Source: Zygnema circumcarinatum SAG 698-1b (taxonomy: Eukaryota > Plantae > Zygnematophyceae). From it: a stretch of 64,000 nt of DNA. Each line of letters starts with the position of its first letter. Position 1 is the first letter of the stretch. Location: contig CM074805.1 in assembly GCA_037447605.1 (NCBI GenBank), forward strand, positions 1,273,361-1,337,360, in the 5' to 3' direction. Shown piece by piece: positions 27,480-40,161 of this stretch. Under the pieces are notes generated by a model. It was given only the letters and a program-made list of their open reading frames with translations, was not told the DNA's origin and ran no database searches. The translations under genes and the position numbers were made by a program.

Positions 27480-29215
27480 CAAGTTTTGTGACCATTAGAG
27501 AGAAGAATGTCCAAGCCATCCGCAGTGTCTTTTTGTATACTACACGATCAGCAGAGTTTCCTCCATCACTATTCACAACAATCGCTCAAAGACATCCATT
27601 GCAGTCAACGTGAGGCTGCTGCGGACTTCCGTCCAATCGCCGGTTCCAGCACCTCCGGTTTTCCTGCCAAGTATCGACATGAGCTTTGAGCCAAGCAAAG
27701 AACACCTCCATTTTGTACCTTCCTAATTGTCGAACGGTTCGATTCACCATTGGCCAGCCAGTCATTGGCAACCAATGATTGGTAAAAACTTTTCGGCCCA
27801 AAGATCGGCCTTTACAGTTCAGTAACTCGAGCTCAAATTGTGCCAACCATTGACCGACAATCCTTTTGTCAGTGCTAGCTAGCCAATGGTTGCAGATCGT
27901 TGCCAATGATTGGCCAACTATGGTATTGTTTGCAGGTAAGGGTTTGTATGGGAGGCAAGGCTTTTTTTTTTTTTCTTTTTTAAAGAGAAAAACTTGTTAT
28001 ATTTGGAAACATCCACACCACACATTGACCACAGGAGACGGACCGGCAAAAAAACATCATAATAGGGTACAGGATGAAACGGGCCAGAGAGAGGAGAGGA
28101 GGGAGGGAGAGGGAGGGAGGGAGGGAACGAGGAGATTTTCCTCGCTGGCCCACTTCTGAAGAGTGAACTGAGCGAGGAGCGAGGAGCAGAAATAGGCGGT
28201 AAACGGACGCGAGATGGCGGCTGTTCTGACTATTCGAGGAAACGAACTCAGCAGTTCTGTTGAACTGCATACTTTGCAAGCCAAGACAACGCACAAACAT
28301 CCTCAGCTTCCAGTGCACGATCAGCAGCACTAAGTTCCACGATTGCCATATTTTCTCCGGCAACAGAAACGTTGGAGATTGCTTCTCTCAATTCCGGAAT
28401 CCCTCCGTTGTCAAGATCTTCTCCCGCATCCTTCCAGTCACAACCCGGGCCTAAGCTGCTGCCGTTCACACTTCCAATAGCCGGCCCTCCCGCTGCATTG
28501 GGTATCAATTCTAAAAACTCCTCCACAAAGATTTTCCAGTGCGGTTGGACCTCTCCATCGCCAAGAACATCATGATAGCACCTTGCGTCTTCTTTGTCTA
28601 CTGAGAGAACTCCAATGTCAGAAACTGACACAAAATTTTGCACAGATGGTCACTCTCTACAGTATCACCAGCACGAATGTCTAGCCCACGGAGGTCGTCA
28701 CGACAAAGTACAGAAACAGGTCTGCATTCATCTGCCGGCTGTTCCGTCAGAGTTACCAACTGCTCCAACCCCTGTTCCTCCACAAATGCATTCACAGGGT
28801 CCTTGAACCATTCTCCCGTCTGCAAAAAACTTTTCGAAGCCAACTCCCCATGACGACTCCCCATTGACATCGAAAAAGTGAGGTTGCGAAATCTCCTTAC
28901 CCAACAAAGACGAGGAACCGACTGCTACGCTCTCACCCCATACAGACAGCGGATAGCCCTCTACCTCCAAAGGAGGCTCGTGGCCTTGCAAAAAACCTGC
29001 TAAGTCTACGTCATCGATGACCGGCATTCATCGGAAAACAGATCACCGTCAATCAACCCGCCGTCGCGTTGCTCTGCTACTTCATCCTCCGTGGCCAAAA
29101 AACTGTCCGGTGAACAACTGACCACAGCATCAGATGAGGCACGGCCGTCCACGACCATTTCCCAGGGCGAGGCATCCACACAGAGAGCCATGGCGGATCC
29201 TGCATCACCTCTCAT
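27480..29215 (-). pseudogene. Frameshifted, stop-containing coding remnant
   Basis: Acidic protein-like ORFs alternate between two frames (29215-29006, 29027-28728, 28870-28598, 28643-28248). A downstream exon reads YKMEVFFAWLKAHVDTWQEN.../EVRSSLTLTAMDVFERLL*IVMEETLLIV*. Confidence 0.5.
27745..27925. repeat. CAACCATTGG/CCAATGGTTG motif cluster (family shared with 43860-44245 and 48970-49105)
   Basis: Multiple gccaaccattg, ccaatggttg and ccaatgattgg motifs. Confidence 0.7.
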
Positions 29216-29240
29216 CCTACCCGAGAGCGCAGCCTGCCAT

Positions 29241-29717
29241 GGTTCCCACAGGGAGGGGAGGGAGGAGGGAGGGAGGGAGGGAGAGAGGAGGGAGGGAGGG
29301 AGGAGGAGGGAGGGAGGAGGAGGGAGGGAGGAGGGAGGAGGGAGGAGGGAGGGAGGGAGGGAGGAGGGAGGAGGGAGGGAGGAGGAGGAGGGAGGAGGGA
29401 GGAGGGAGGGAGGAGGAGGGAGGGAGGGAGGAGGAGGGAGGGAGGGAGGGAGGGAGGAGGGAGGAGGGAGGGAGGGAGTGGAGGGAGGGAGGGAGGAGGA
29501 GGAGGAGGGAGGGAGGGAGGGAGGGAGGGAGGAGGGAGGGAGGAGGGAGGAGGGAGGGAGGAGGGAGGGAGGGAGGAGGGAGGGAGGGAGGGAGGGAGGG
29601 AGGGAGGGAGGGAGGTGGGAGGGAGGGAGGGAGGGATGGCTGCAGGGCCATCATCATCATCATCAACATCATCATCAACATCATCATCAACATCATCATC
29701 ATCATCATCATCATCAT
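29241..29717 (+). repeat. (GGA/GGGA)n purine tract (about 29241-29636) followed by (CAT/CAA)n (29649-29717)
   Basis: Read directly from the sequence. Confidence 0.95.
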
Positions 29718-30298
29718 TGCCCATCTTCTTTATTTCTTATTTTATTTTTTCACTCGCTATTCAGTTTCATTTTTCATTTCAGTTCCAATTCAGATCAGTG
29801 GAAATTCTGACTGGAACTGAATAGTGAATAGTGACAGCAAGTTTGTTACGTTCAGCAGCTGAATCCTATCCCTACAAACTGCAAGGAAGGCACTGAACTG
29901 CAAGCGAACATAGCTTACATCAGACTGCGTCTGAATACACCCCACACATTCTACATACTCTAGCTCTGCTACTATCGGGTCAACTCAAAACAGTAAACCT
30001 TCTGCAGCGAGAGGAGATAAGATTCTGAGGGATGCTCACTCAGAAAGGTATCTCCTCTGCACGCTGCGATTAAGTGCTGATCAGCTCAAGCTTCAATTCT
30101 TGAAGGAAACTTCAGAAGAGAAAAATGAGACACAAAAATACAGAGAAAGAATAAAAAAACCTTCCTTGCCTTCAGCTGCTCCCTGGAGCTTCTGCACGAC
30201 GTGGTAATATACTTAATCATAATTAATAATAAGGTTCCCAACGTCCCCTGAATCGCCTCTCAAGGTAACATTAAGCTCCACAGGAAAGCTCGCAAGTT

Positions 30299-33004
30299 CT
30301 AGGCCTCTGAAGCGCCCCATTGTTCCTTCAAGGGGGGGCTCCGTACATCCCATTGTACGGCGCTCCTCGTACCTTTTGTACGAATCGTACGGTCCTGGGT
30401 ACCGCCCTTCCGTACGACTATCGCCTTCGGCCGTCTCTGCAATTCCATGCTCTCAAAGACCCGCGCAGTTCGCCGTCCCGCGTTCTGTAAAAACGGGCTG
30501 ATTCTTTGCTGGAGCACAGATTTAAACAGTTTCGGCGAAGCAACAGTTCCGTTGATAGTTACGCGTTGAACTGAACGCCTTCCCATGTTGGCGCCCTCAC
30601 CCGGGGGCGGGGCAACGGAGGGCTTCTTCAGGGCGGATTTTAGGGCGGATTTTAGGGTTTGCTTCCCCGCCGGCTGCAGAAGGAGACCTGTAGGAGCCGG
30701 CTCTGAAGGAAGCTTTGCGCTTTGCTGTGGATTTTCCTTCTGCTGTGGATTCTCCTGCAAATCTTGGACTGTTGGTGTAAGTGGTCGAAGCTGCTCCACT
30801 CTCAAATGCGTGGAATCCTCCGTAGCCAGCACTCGCTGCCTCGTGCCAAGGCTTACATACTTTTCGGCTCGCTCGCTGCATCCTCCGTGCTGCAACGAAG
30901 GACCGCTTCGGTCCTTTTCGGAGTTCTTCGGCTTCCACTCTCCTCGTTTGTAGCCTGGTGGCAGTGTCCTCTGTTTGGGCAGCCCTTCCACATCTTTCCG
31001 TCCACCGTGCTGAAATGAGCTGCTCTTCCGGAGTGGGATTTGTCTCCAGTGTGTATCCTGGCTGTACGCACCGTCACTTCTCTTGTTCAAGTTCGGATGA
31101 TGAGGATTGTAGGTGCTGATACCCGGATTTTCAAACCTATTCAATGGCTGCTTGCCATAGCTTGAGCCTGGATGCTGCTCCAAGAGCTTCTGCCACTTCT
31201 GCTTTTGAAGATAATTTAACTTTGTCGAAAAGTTTCGTGGTCCAGCCTCGTGCTCAGGTGATGGAGGCCATGGTTTCGTTGGCTCTGAGTTCAGTCGGTG
31301 CAGCAGCCTCTGTGCCGTTTGCCAAGACTTGAACGGAACGTGGTTGCTTGAAATGTTGGGGGAGTGGGCTGTGACGGAAGACCCCAGTTGAGTGCCGCTA
31401 GACATACTGGAATGACTCTCGTACAAGTCCCCCTGCAAAAGAAGGTAACTCACGATTAATGCATGCAAATAATTGGCGGGCAAGGAGTACAAGTAGAATT
31501 GATCCCTGAATGCTGAGAGCACGAAAACTTCCAGATTGATGGCTCAACAACTGCCATGAGTCTGCTACAAGACTACTACGAAAAGCATGCGTTACTTTGT
31601 GCATGTGAGGTCACATCAGTGACCATTGGCAGTATCGTTCACCTGCTTTGGCGATTTAGAGTTGTACACTTTCCCTCGCCGGCCACCTGCAATTGCGTGG
31701 TTTTCCTGCGCTGCAAGTTCTCTGGAGTCTCGGAGGAGCACATCCCGCTTTTCTGTATCGCTCCTTCCGTCTCTTTGCCTCATGGAATTGTATCGCAGAA
31801 TTTCATCTGGATCCAACCTTGTTTGAAGTACAGGATTTCTGTCTGCATTTAGCTTCCCTAAATCGATAGATTGTCTTCTATACAGTAGTGGATTTGAAGC
31901 GGTTTTGGATCTCAGCAAGTTTTCGTCCTTCAGCTCTCTTGTCACGGGTTCGCTCGTCTCTGTACCCAATCCTGACGGACGACCGTTTGTTCCTTGCTGC
32001 CCCTGTTCTCCTTTCCCATTTATCTCAAACTCCACATGCCTTGTCTCCTCTATTCCCGCTACCTTGTGCTTGTCTTCATCCTCAAAACTCTCCGTCTCCT
32101 CTCGATAGTTGATCGACTTGCTCCTCCCTGCCCCCATTTCGGGCTCTCCCTCGTCGCTCTCCTGTTCTCTGATCATGCTGCCTTCTCCGGACCTCACGCT
32201 TAAGGCTCCTAGCGCTTCTGCTCCCGTCTCTTGATCTGAAACAATTTTGTTTCCGCACGTCCTCAAGTTGCTGTCTGCGCCTTCGTTCAAAGCAATCTGT
32301 ACTTCGTCCGGGCCCCTCGGGGTTGTCAAGCCCACAGCTGCTACTACTCGTTCTCCAGCCCACTCCACTTTCCCTATCTTCCTCTGAAACTGCTCTGAAT
32401 CAGCAAGCCATTTTGAGACCCTACTACATCCCCTCTGTGGGTCCTCATTCCAACATGTCTGTGGAGAAAGAACAACTTCCGTTTCGTTCTTCTCGTCCTC
32501 ACTCCAACCAATAGGGGAAGTGGCCTTTCTTTGCTCGTTTTTTGAGCTATGAGGAAGCTGCAGGGAGGATGCTCCTTGCCAGTTACAGTCCCCCTCTGCC
32601 ACTTCCAGTACCTCGTCCTCGTCTCCCTCTCTCCTCCCTTCCTCCCCGCCCTTGTGCAGCTTAATCCGCTCCTGCAGTGACGGAATTCGAGTGATTGTTA
32701 TTTCCCGCGGAAGAGAAGAATTCTTCGTGGGTTTCCTGGGACTAGAGAGGAGGATGGAGAAGGAATTAACAGGGCTTACGTGTAAGGGTGCCACGTGGCG
32801 GGGTACTTTGCGTCTTCTCTGCCAATAGAACCCTATGGAACACGAGAGGGGCGCTGCTTTCTGCGGGCTTACAGGGGAGAGTGTTGCATTCCTGCAGGAG
32901 CTTCCTTGGATTCTGGACACGCTGGCACGGTTTGTACCTCTGAGCCCTATAAGCGAAGGAATCGGACTGGCTTTACGAGATTCCCAGAGGCTGCGTCCTG
33001 CCAT
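30299..33004 (-). CDS. Two-exon, about 830-aa Ser/Glu/Arg/Pro-rich, probably disordered protein of unknown function
   Basis: ORFs of 462 and 407 aa join in phase 0 through a GT-AG intron (exons 31643-33004 and 30299-31432). No stops and no recognisable domain. Confidence 0.75.
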
Positions 33005-33229
33005 AAAAATGAGGCAGGAGGCCCTCTCGCTCTCGTCCCTTCCCTTCCCTTCACTCTCTGTTACATCCTTTCTCTTCTCTACTTCCCTCCCCCTCTCCCC
33101 GTCTCCCTCTCCCTCTCTTCCTTTCTCCTATCCACCCTCCCCCTCCGCGGACTAGTCCTTACCCCCCCCCTTCCCTCTTCCGTCGCAGCCGCCGGAGGTT
33201 GCAGCCCAATGGGATTGGGCTTCCCTTGA

Positions 33230-33700
33230 ACGGGACTGTCCGTACGATTCTGAAACGTACATATTCGTACTCAACCGTACGTCGACGTGGCCGTTTGGCG
33301 CATTCCCCCGCCCGCGCGGCCCAACCTCCATACCCGCCAAACCGGCGGAATTGGGCGCGCGCCGCCCGCCGTCGCATCTCCGTACAGAGTACGGCCAACG
33401 GTCAACGGCCGCGCCGACATAGTGCGTCAGGGCCGTACGGACGCGTGCCGAGTCCGGCACTCCGGCGCGAGGACCGGGCCCACCGTACAGTCCGCCGGCG
33501 ACCGGGAGTGTCAACGTGACGGTCAACGGTCAATGGCCAACGGTCAATGGATTGTCGGTGATTTTCGCACGGTACGGTAGTCCTTCTGTGCGACTCAAAA
33601 TTTGTCGGCTATCTGACTGTACGAGTATGCTCCCACGGCGCCTTCGCGCGTGCGTCCATCGCCCCGTCGCGATCGGACGGCTTCGGAGGGCCCTATCGAG
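33230..33700. promoter_or_regulatory. CCGTACGG/ACGGCCAACGGT motif island upstream of the 33004 ATG
   Basis: Dense ccgtacg, gtacgg and caacggtcaa motifs. Confidence 0.5.
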
Positions 33701-33947
33701 TAATATGCGCACACCTTTCTATGTGTTATGTAGTTCCGTTGTGGTGCGGAATGACCGCAAATCCACGCTCGTTCAACGCGCTACCGTTGTTGGCGACCGT
33801 TCGGTGGCCGCCCTGGTGCTTCAAGTTTGTTGCGTTGTTGTTTGGTGCAGAAGCCAAGTTTGGCTCTCATGCTTTTTCTATCGTACGGAAGGTCGTTTGA
33901 GAGCGGGTCTACGTTGTCCTCCATGAAGTTTTTTTCCATGTGACTTC

Positions 33948-33978
33948 GATGGCATCGCCATCGTGAGATCAATGCCAC
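33948..33978 (-). repeat. Dispersed hairpin element, partial copy B
   Basis: GATGGCATCGCCATCGTGAGATCAATGCCAC matches copies A and D. Confidence 0.8.
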
Positions 33979-34673
33979 TTCATATTTTTTTATGTGAGAC
34001 GGCAGGCCTATGTTGAATACACGTGTTTCAATTGTTTTTCTTCATGGCATATCAAATTTTCGTTGGTTTTCACATCGGTCACGAACACCGGTGATATTTC
34101 AAGCTTTCAGCATTAACTCGAAATTCGGGGTTTATTGGCTCAGGAAACCAAAGGAAATAATCGAAAATCGTTGTCACCGTTGAGTTGTTGTACCACATGG
34201 CAATGTGCCGTTGACGGGTTTTCGGTAGCAGTCCACGGAATTCATAATATGAAAGAACATATAATCAGCCATCAGTGTAAGCTAGTCGTTGTCGTCATTT
34301 TATTTCTAAAACCGTTGATAGAAACAGGCATTTGTCAGCACATGCTACTTGCGAATATAGAAAAAGACATGGACCTAATCACGACTTGAAATTTAAACCA
34401 AAGCATGTCACTGACAAACCCATGCGGTTGCTGTCTCGCAGGAAAGGTCAGTCCACAATGGAGCAGACCCTGCCCTTCCGTCCTTCATGCGATACTGTAC
34501 AGTAGCGTACAACACAGCTTTCTAATAAACTGACTGGAACTACATTCTACGTTCAATGCCATTTTCCCTTCCCATTCTACGGCTACTACTGATCAACCAA
34601 ATGCTACAGACGTATAAGAAAGGGAAACAATGAACGAATAACGGAACCGAACCATCAGAGGTTTGGGCCCACC

Positions 34674-37600
34674 CTACTCCATGCCTTCATCCGAGCCGCG
34701 GATGCGGCTATCAAAAAAATTTCCAGAACTATCCCCATTCCTGCCTCTCTTGATTTCCGCCACGACCGGACCATGCGGTCCACCAAAGCTCCGGCTGCCG
34801 CTCCTCCCTCTCTCCCACGCCGGCTTTTTCACAATGAGTTCGACTCTCCTCACAGTCTCCTCCTCCGTGGCCTCCTCTCCCGCATACACCACTCTCACAT
34901 CGCGCCCCCACCCCTTCTCCGACGCCATTCTCAGGTCACTTTCAACCCACCTCCCTTGAACTCGATGGGGTCGAGAATCTCGTGGAACACTTACAACTAT
35001 TTGCTTCGTAGCAACGTCTCTCTCTACATCATTCACATACTTGACACGCTCCTCCTCCTCCTCCTCCTCCTTCATATTGTCATAAGCTCTCCTCCTTTCC
35101 TTCCACCCTTCCTCCTCGGCCCGGCCGCCTACTCGCTCTCCTCCGCGGCCTCCCTCAGCCTCCTTCGTTTTCGCGATCTCTCTCACCTTCTTCTTGAGGA
35201 GTATTTGTGCGTTTGTTTCCTTCGTTAAGTTACTGTCAACTTTCTTGATTCCCTCACTTAACTTACGCTGTACCTGTGGCTTGTCTTCTTTCTCTTGACC
35301 CTTCGACATTGTCGATGGTCGAAAAGTTCGGTTCCACTTCTCCTGCGCACGCTCAACTGCAATCTGCAAAACTGACTTGCTCGAATCCGAAACTTTCTTT
35401 GAATCTGTGACAGAAGGAACTTTTTTCTCACTGCCGTTTTCTTCAGATTCGTGATTCACCGATTCTTCTGATAAGTTTCTTTTCCCCTCGTTTCTCTCTC
35501 TCGCACCTTTCACACCATGCTTTTCGGAAACCACAAGTACACTTTGCAACTTCTCCTCCTTGGTTACGTCCGCTTTCCCGTTCGCTTTCCCCTCCCTCTC
35601 CCTCCCTCGCCTCCTCTCCCTTCGCCAAGTCTCCTCATCACTCTCCTCACTACTCGATTCTGTCTCAGAATCCTCCGTCTCCTCCTCTGTGTCACTACCG
35701 CTCTCTTCTCCGCTCGCAGATTCGTCTCCACGACCTTTCTTCGACCCAACCGTAGTTTTTTGCAGTTTTTTGTATTTTGGCACGTTGGATTCTTCGTCAA
35801 GCACCTTCCCCTGTTTCCCATCACAAGCGAAAAATGAGAGGGGAGACAAGAAACCCGTGAACACGTGCCTTTTCCTTTCCTTTTTTCTGATAAAAAAAAG
35901 AAAGGCACGTGAACAATCGAACACCTGTAAAGATTTTGTCAAACATGACCGCAGGTCTTATTCCGTGAAAATTTCCGACACATGTTTCATGATCGTTGTT
36001 TTTTTCTCCTGAACTAAAGCGGCTTACGTTCTGCCAATGTCGCCAATTGGCTCGCAGCGTGAGGATCGACGTGACCAGATTGTACACCATGCATGCAAGC
36101 AGCAGCATGCTTGCGACCTGTGGGGAGAGAGAAAAACGAGAGACAGTCACAGAAATAACGTCAATATTATGCAAAATACAACAGCAGCAAGTGTACAAGC
36201 ATGAGCCGGCCACACCGCAGTTAAGCTTCAGGAGAATAATCGAAAAGAAAAGTCAAAATTGATCAAATATGCTGCACTCTTTTGACCAGAAGGCTCGCAG
36301 TACGGGGAGGTTTGAACGGAGGTGCGTACTCCTATTAAGAGGATGTGACTTGCAATCGTATTGTACGCCTCCTGCTTTGACACGTTGATTACCTGCTTAT
36401 GCATTGCATCCTCCAAACAACGAGAGTTACCGATCTTGGAAGCGATAAAACATCACAAAAAAATAACAGTGAAGAGGAAAATCGAGACAGGGATATTGTT
36501 ACCGGTTTAGCCCAACCATGGAAAGTTTGACAGCAGAAAAAAAGGTCTGCCTCATTAAATCATGTAATGTCTTGTTCAGCGGATCTTTCTTCCCCACCCC
36601 TAAAATACCTTATCGTTGACAAACGCCCAGTTTTCATCCAGATAGTTCACCGCCGCATTCTCAAGCACGAGGCAGAGGATGCCGCCCAGCAGCACAAGAA
36701 CGCTGATCAGCTGCACGCCCCATCACATGCGTCTTTAAAAACATGAAAAGACGTCCCTCTCACTCTCTCTCCCCCCCTCCCCTCTCTCCCCCTCCCCTCT
36801 CCCCCTTCCCTCTCGCCCACTCTCTTTGCCCCTTCCCTCTCTCCCACTCTCTCTCCCCCTTCCCTCTCGCCCACTCTCTTTCCCCCTTCCCTCTCTCCCA
36901 CTCTCTCTCCCCCTTCTCAATCTCTCCCTCTCTCCCTCTCTCCCTCTCTCCCTCTCTCCCTCTCTCCCTCTCTCCCTCTCTCCCTCTCTCCCTCTCTCCC
37001 TCTCTCCCTCTCTCCCTCTCTCCCTCACTCCCTCTCTCCCTCTCTCTCTCTCCCTCTCTGCCGCACAGTACCGCGAGGAAGGTGGCATGTGCGAGCAGCA
37101 GCAGCCTCGAGTTCCGCGCGAACCCGAAGTATCCCACAAGGCTCACCGCCACCGTCAGACCGCCGGCTACCGCCACCACCGTCGCCGCCCACGCGCCGCT
37201 GAATACGACAACCACCGCCGCATACCCTATCAGAGCCCGACACGTGGCACTGAACAACAACAGTAAACACTGAAACTGAAACTGGAACATGCGGTTCGAG
37301 TTCAACAGCGAACGGAACAGGCGAGCATGGAACGGGAGGAGCGGCTACCCTGCGCGGGCCTGCGAGGCGAGCACGGCGAGGTAGAGGAGGGCGGCTCCGA
37401 ATATGGCGGTCGCGGCATTCATCGTCATCGCCATTCGCCGCGCCACGTATTCTGCACTCCCTCTCTCTCTCTCCCTCTCTCTCGGTCAGCATGGCTTCCA
37501 CGGAGCATAAAGCAGAAGGGGGGGGGAGAGGGAGGGAGGGGAGATAGAGGAGGAAGAGTGAGAGAGGCATGTGGTAGTTCGTGAGGAGCTATGTAGAAGG

Positions 37601-37862
37601 GTTGGTGGAGAATAGCAGCGGGAAATCTCCCTACTGTCTGTCTCGCGGTTCCTCTCCCTCTCTCTCTCTCTCTCTCTTTCACACACGCATACATAGTCGA
37701 TTTGCAAAGGGGGCCGGCGGAAAACCACTGACCGTGGCCCATGAGGAGGGTGGCGGCCCAGAGCGAGACTCCCACAAGTGCTGTGCTGCCAACCGTGAGG
37801 CCTCCGCCGGTAACCATTGCGTGGTGGGCCTGCACTTCCCTAGTGTATTTCAGGGAGAGTCC

Positions 37863-37897
<35 letters not shown>

Positions 37898-40161
37898 TCT
37901 CTCTCTCACCCTCTCTCTCGTCCCTCTTCTTTTTAATTTACTCTCTCTTCCTTCTCCTCTCCTCGCTCTTCTCGCTCTTCTCGCCTCTCCTCCCTCAGGT
38001 CCACTCTTCTTTTACACACGCTACATACACATAAAACTGGAACTGCAACCCCTCTTGCTGCAAGAAGTCCACTGCGTACTTGCCAACATGCGGACCAAAC
38101 CTAGGAGAGTATACGACGTCAATTCGTGAACTGATTCGTATTCATACAGATTCAAACGAAGGTAAGAGAGGAACTGCTTGAGAAGACAATTGAAATTTAC
38201 AAGCTGATGGTAGAAAATAAGCAAATTCCGCACTGGTCCGAGAGCTTCACCTGATCAAGAAGCCGTTCAATGTGGGTTAAAGCTCGGGCAGCTGGAAATG
38301 TTTTCCTGAGTAGCTCAGCAAAAGATTCCTGCAATCGCATCCCTCCCCACGGGAAATATAATCACTCGTTTCGGCAGAAGCTCAAACCGCTCACGAAGAA
38401 AACTTGTAGCGAATATTGAAGACAAGAACCACATATATGAAAGCAAACGCAGCGTATTTAGGTTGATTTTGAACCTCATCTTTGGAGAAAATGAAGGAGA
38501 AAATCGCTATGTACAACAGTACTGGCGTAATCACAAAACCGATAAGATATACTCTGTCAATGCCCAACAGACATTATGTCAGGTATCGGTCGAGTGCACA
38601 TGGAGAGCACTGCAACAAGAAAAGGTGCCGTTGCTTTGAAATGCATGCATGGGAATAGAACGTGAAAAGCGTCTGTTCTTCATAAGTGAAAAGAAGTGAA
38701 AGAAAAGAAAAGGATGTTAAAGTAGTTTACCCAAATAGCACATGGATATCTGTTGAGATGGCTCCATAGAAGGCTAAGATTCCAAGCGAGAGGAGCAGAG
38801 CTCCCATCCACATCTGAATGCAAGTGCCAACGTTCAAAGGGAAGCCTTTCAGACGGATCATCCAGACCATTGTGAGAATTAATGATTTCATTTGCTGTGA
38901 CAGTCGATCCACATGATAGGTCACAACATCCATCGGATACTTATATATTATAAAGTATTAACCCCATTCACGTTACACTCTAATAATGCACCTCTTTGTG
39001 CGTAGAAAGAAGGGGAATTCGCAGACAATGATGGGAACCCGGGGATGCTTTTGCTCAAGGTTTATGTTTGATTTTGTTTCAAGAACGGGAAAATAGATAG
39101 AAGCTTGGACCGTACCATCACAATGCAGGGATCTCCAAATACCCATGCTCCCAAAAGCTTATGATCGCCGTTGTTTCCATCTGTCACGCTGACGTCTGGA
39201 GCAGGAGCAGGTGCACCTGCTTCTCCCTCCGTAGGAGAAGCTTCCATCAGCCCTGCTGAGTTTCGAGGGAGATAGAAACTGCAGCACAGAGATACCATCC
39301 ATAATGTCTGAACTGCTGGTACAAAGGGACCAAATTGAACTCAGTTAAAGCCCCAAATCGATTGCTTTGAATCACGCATGATTGCGATAAGCATGCGTGA
39401 CTTTTATACTTTCTGCATCCGGAAAGTGCGAATATGAAATTTAGCTCGAGTCGATTAAGATTTGAAGGAAGAGGCTTTCCCGTTTTCTCGTCATTTCTGG
39501 AGAATTTGAAAAACCTACCTCTGCACTGGCAGGAACGGTGACTGTGACTGCTCAACGAAAACCGTCTCATGTTGTGTTCCTTTGGGAATGGACCCAACTT
39601 CTGGCGGAGATGCCACAGCCTCAAGTGCTATTGCTCGGCTCAGCGCCTGCTTTATCTCGGTCCTTTCTTTGACTCCCATGGAAATCATCGCGCACCCGAT
39701 TGCAATAAGCGCAAGGGAGGTGATAACGAGAAGGAAGCGGGCCTTCCAGCTGGCATGGTTTCAAAGCATGCAATGGAGCGAGTCAAGTCGATAAAGTGTA
39801 TGATTTCTCCCTACGATTCAGCAAATGCAGCAAACGCCCCTTTATTATATTACCCACCTTTTTACGCTGCTTTCCATTTGTTTTTCTGTTGCAGACTTCT
39901 CCTTCTCTTTCCATGGAATGCTGCCCTTTTTGCGGTTGCTTTTTGTGGAGTTGCCACTCAATGCCTCACGACTGCTATCTGCTCTCTGAGTCTTTTTTGT
40001 GCTTCCTCGGATTTTTTCCTTTTTGTGTATTTTTGAGCGAGACTGCTTTTTGCTCGCAGCCATTGTGCTTCTAACGTTTCTTTCCTTGCCGATGCCTTTG
40101 CAGCGTGTGACCCTAATTTTCCGCGTATGCAGTCGGCACTTGAGCCTCCTCCAATATCCAT
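34674..40161 (-). CDS. Tandem (2x4 TM) tetraspanin-like membrane protein with a long charged C-terminal tail, 14 exons, about 824 aa
   Basis: Exons 40112-40161, 39519-39749, 39116-39278, 38731-38813, 38475-38553, 38251-38328, 38080-38100 (least certain), 37733-37829, 37349-37451, 37072-37249, 36609-36710, 36330-36392, 36028-36117, 34674-35810, all GT-AG and phase-consistent. Eight hydrophobic segments, with tetraspanin-like TM2-TM3 patterns LGILAFYGAIST..VLFGVY and SLVGYFGFARNSRLLLLAH. Confidence 0.8.
36758..37060 (+). repeat. (CTCTCC/CTCTCTCC)n pyrimidine tract filling an intron
   Basis: Read directly. Similar tracts occur at 37460-37485, 37640-37680 and 37860-37995. Confidence 0.95.

Noticed and set aside
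29091-29824. ORFs with poly-G/E/R, poly-H, poly-I and poly-M tracts
   Set aside because: They derive from GGA and CAT microsatellites.
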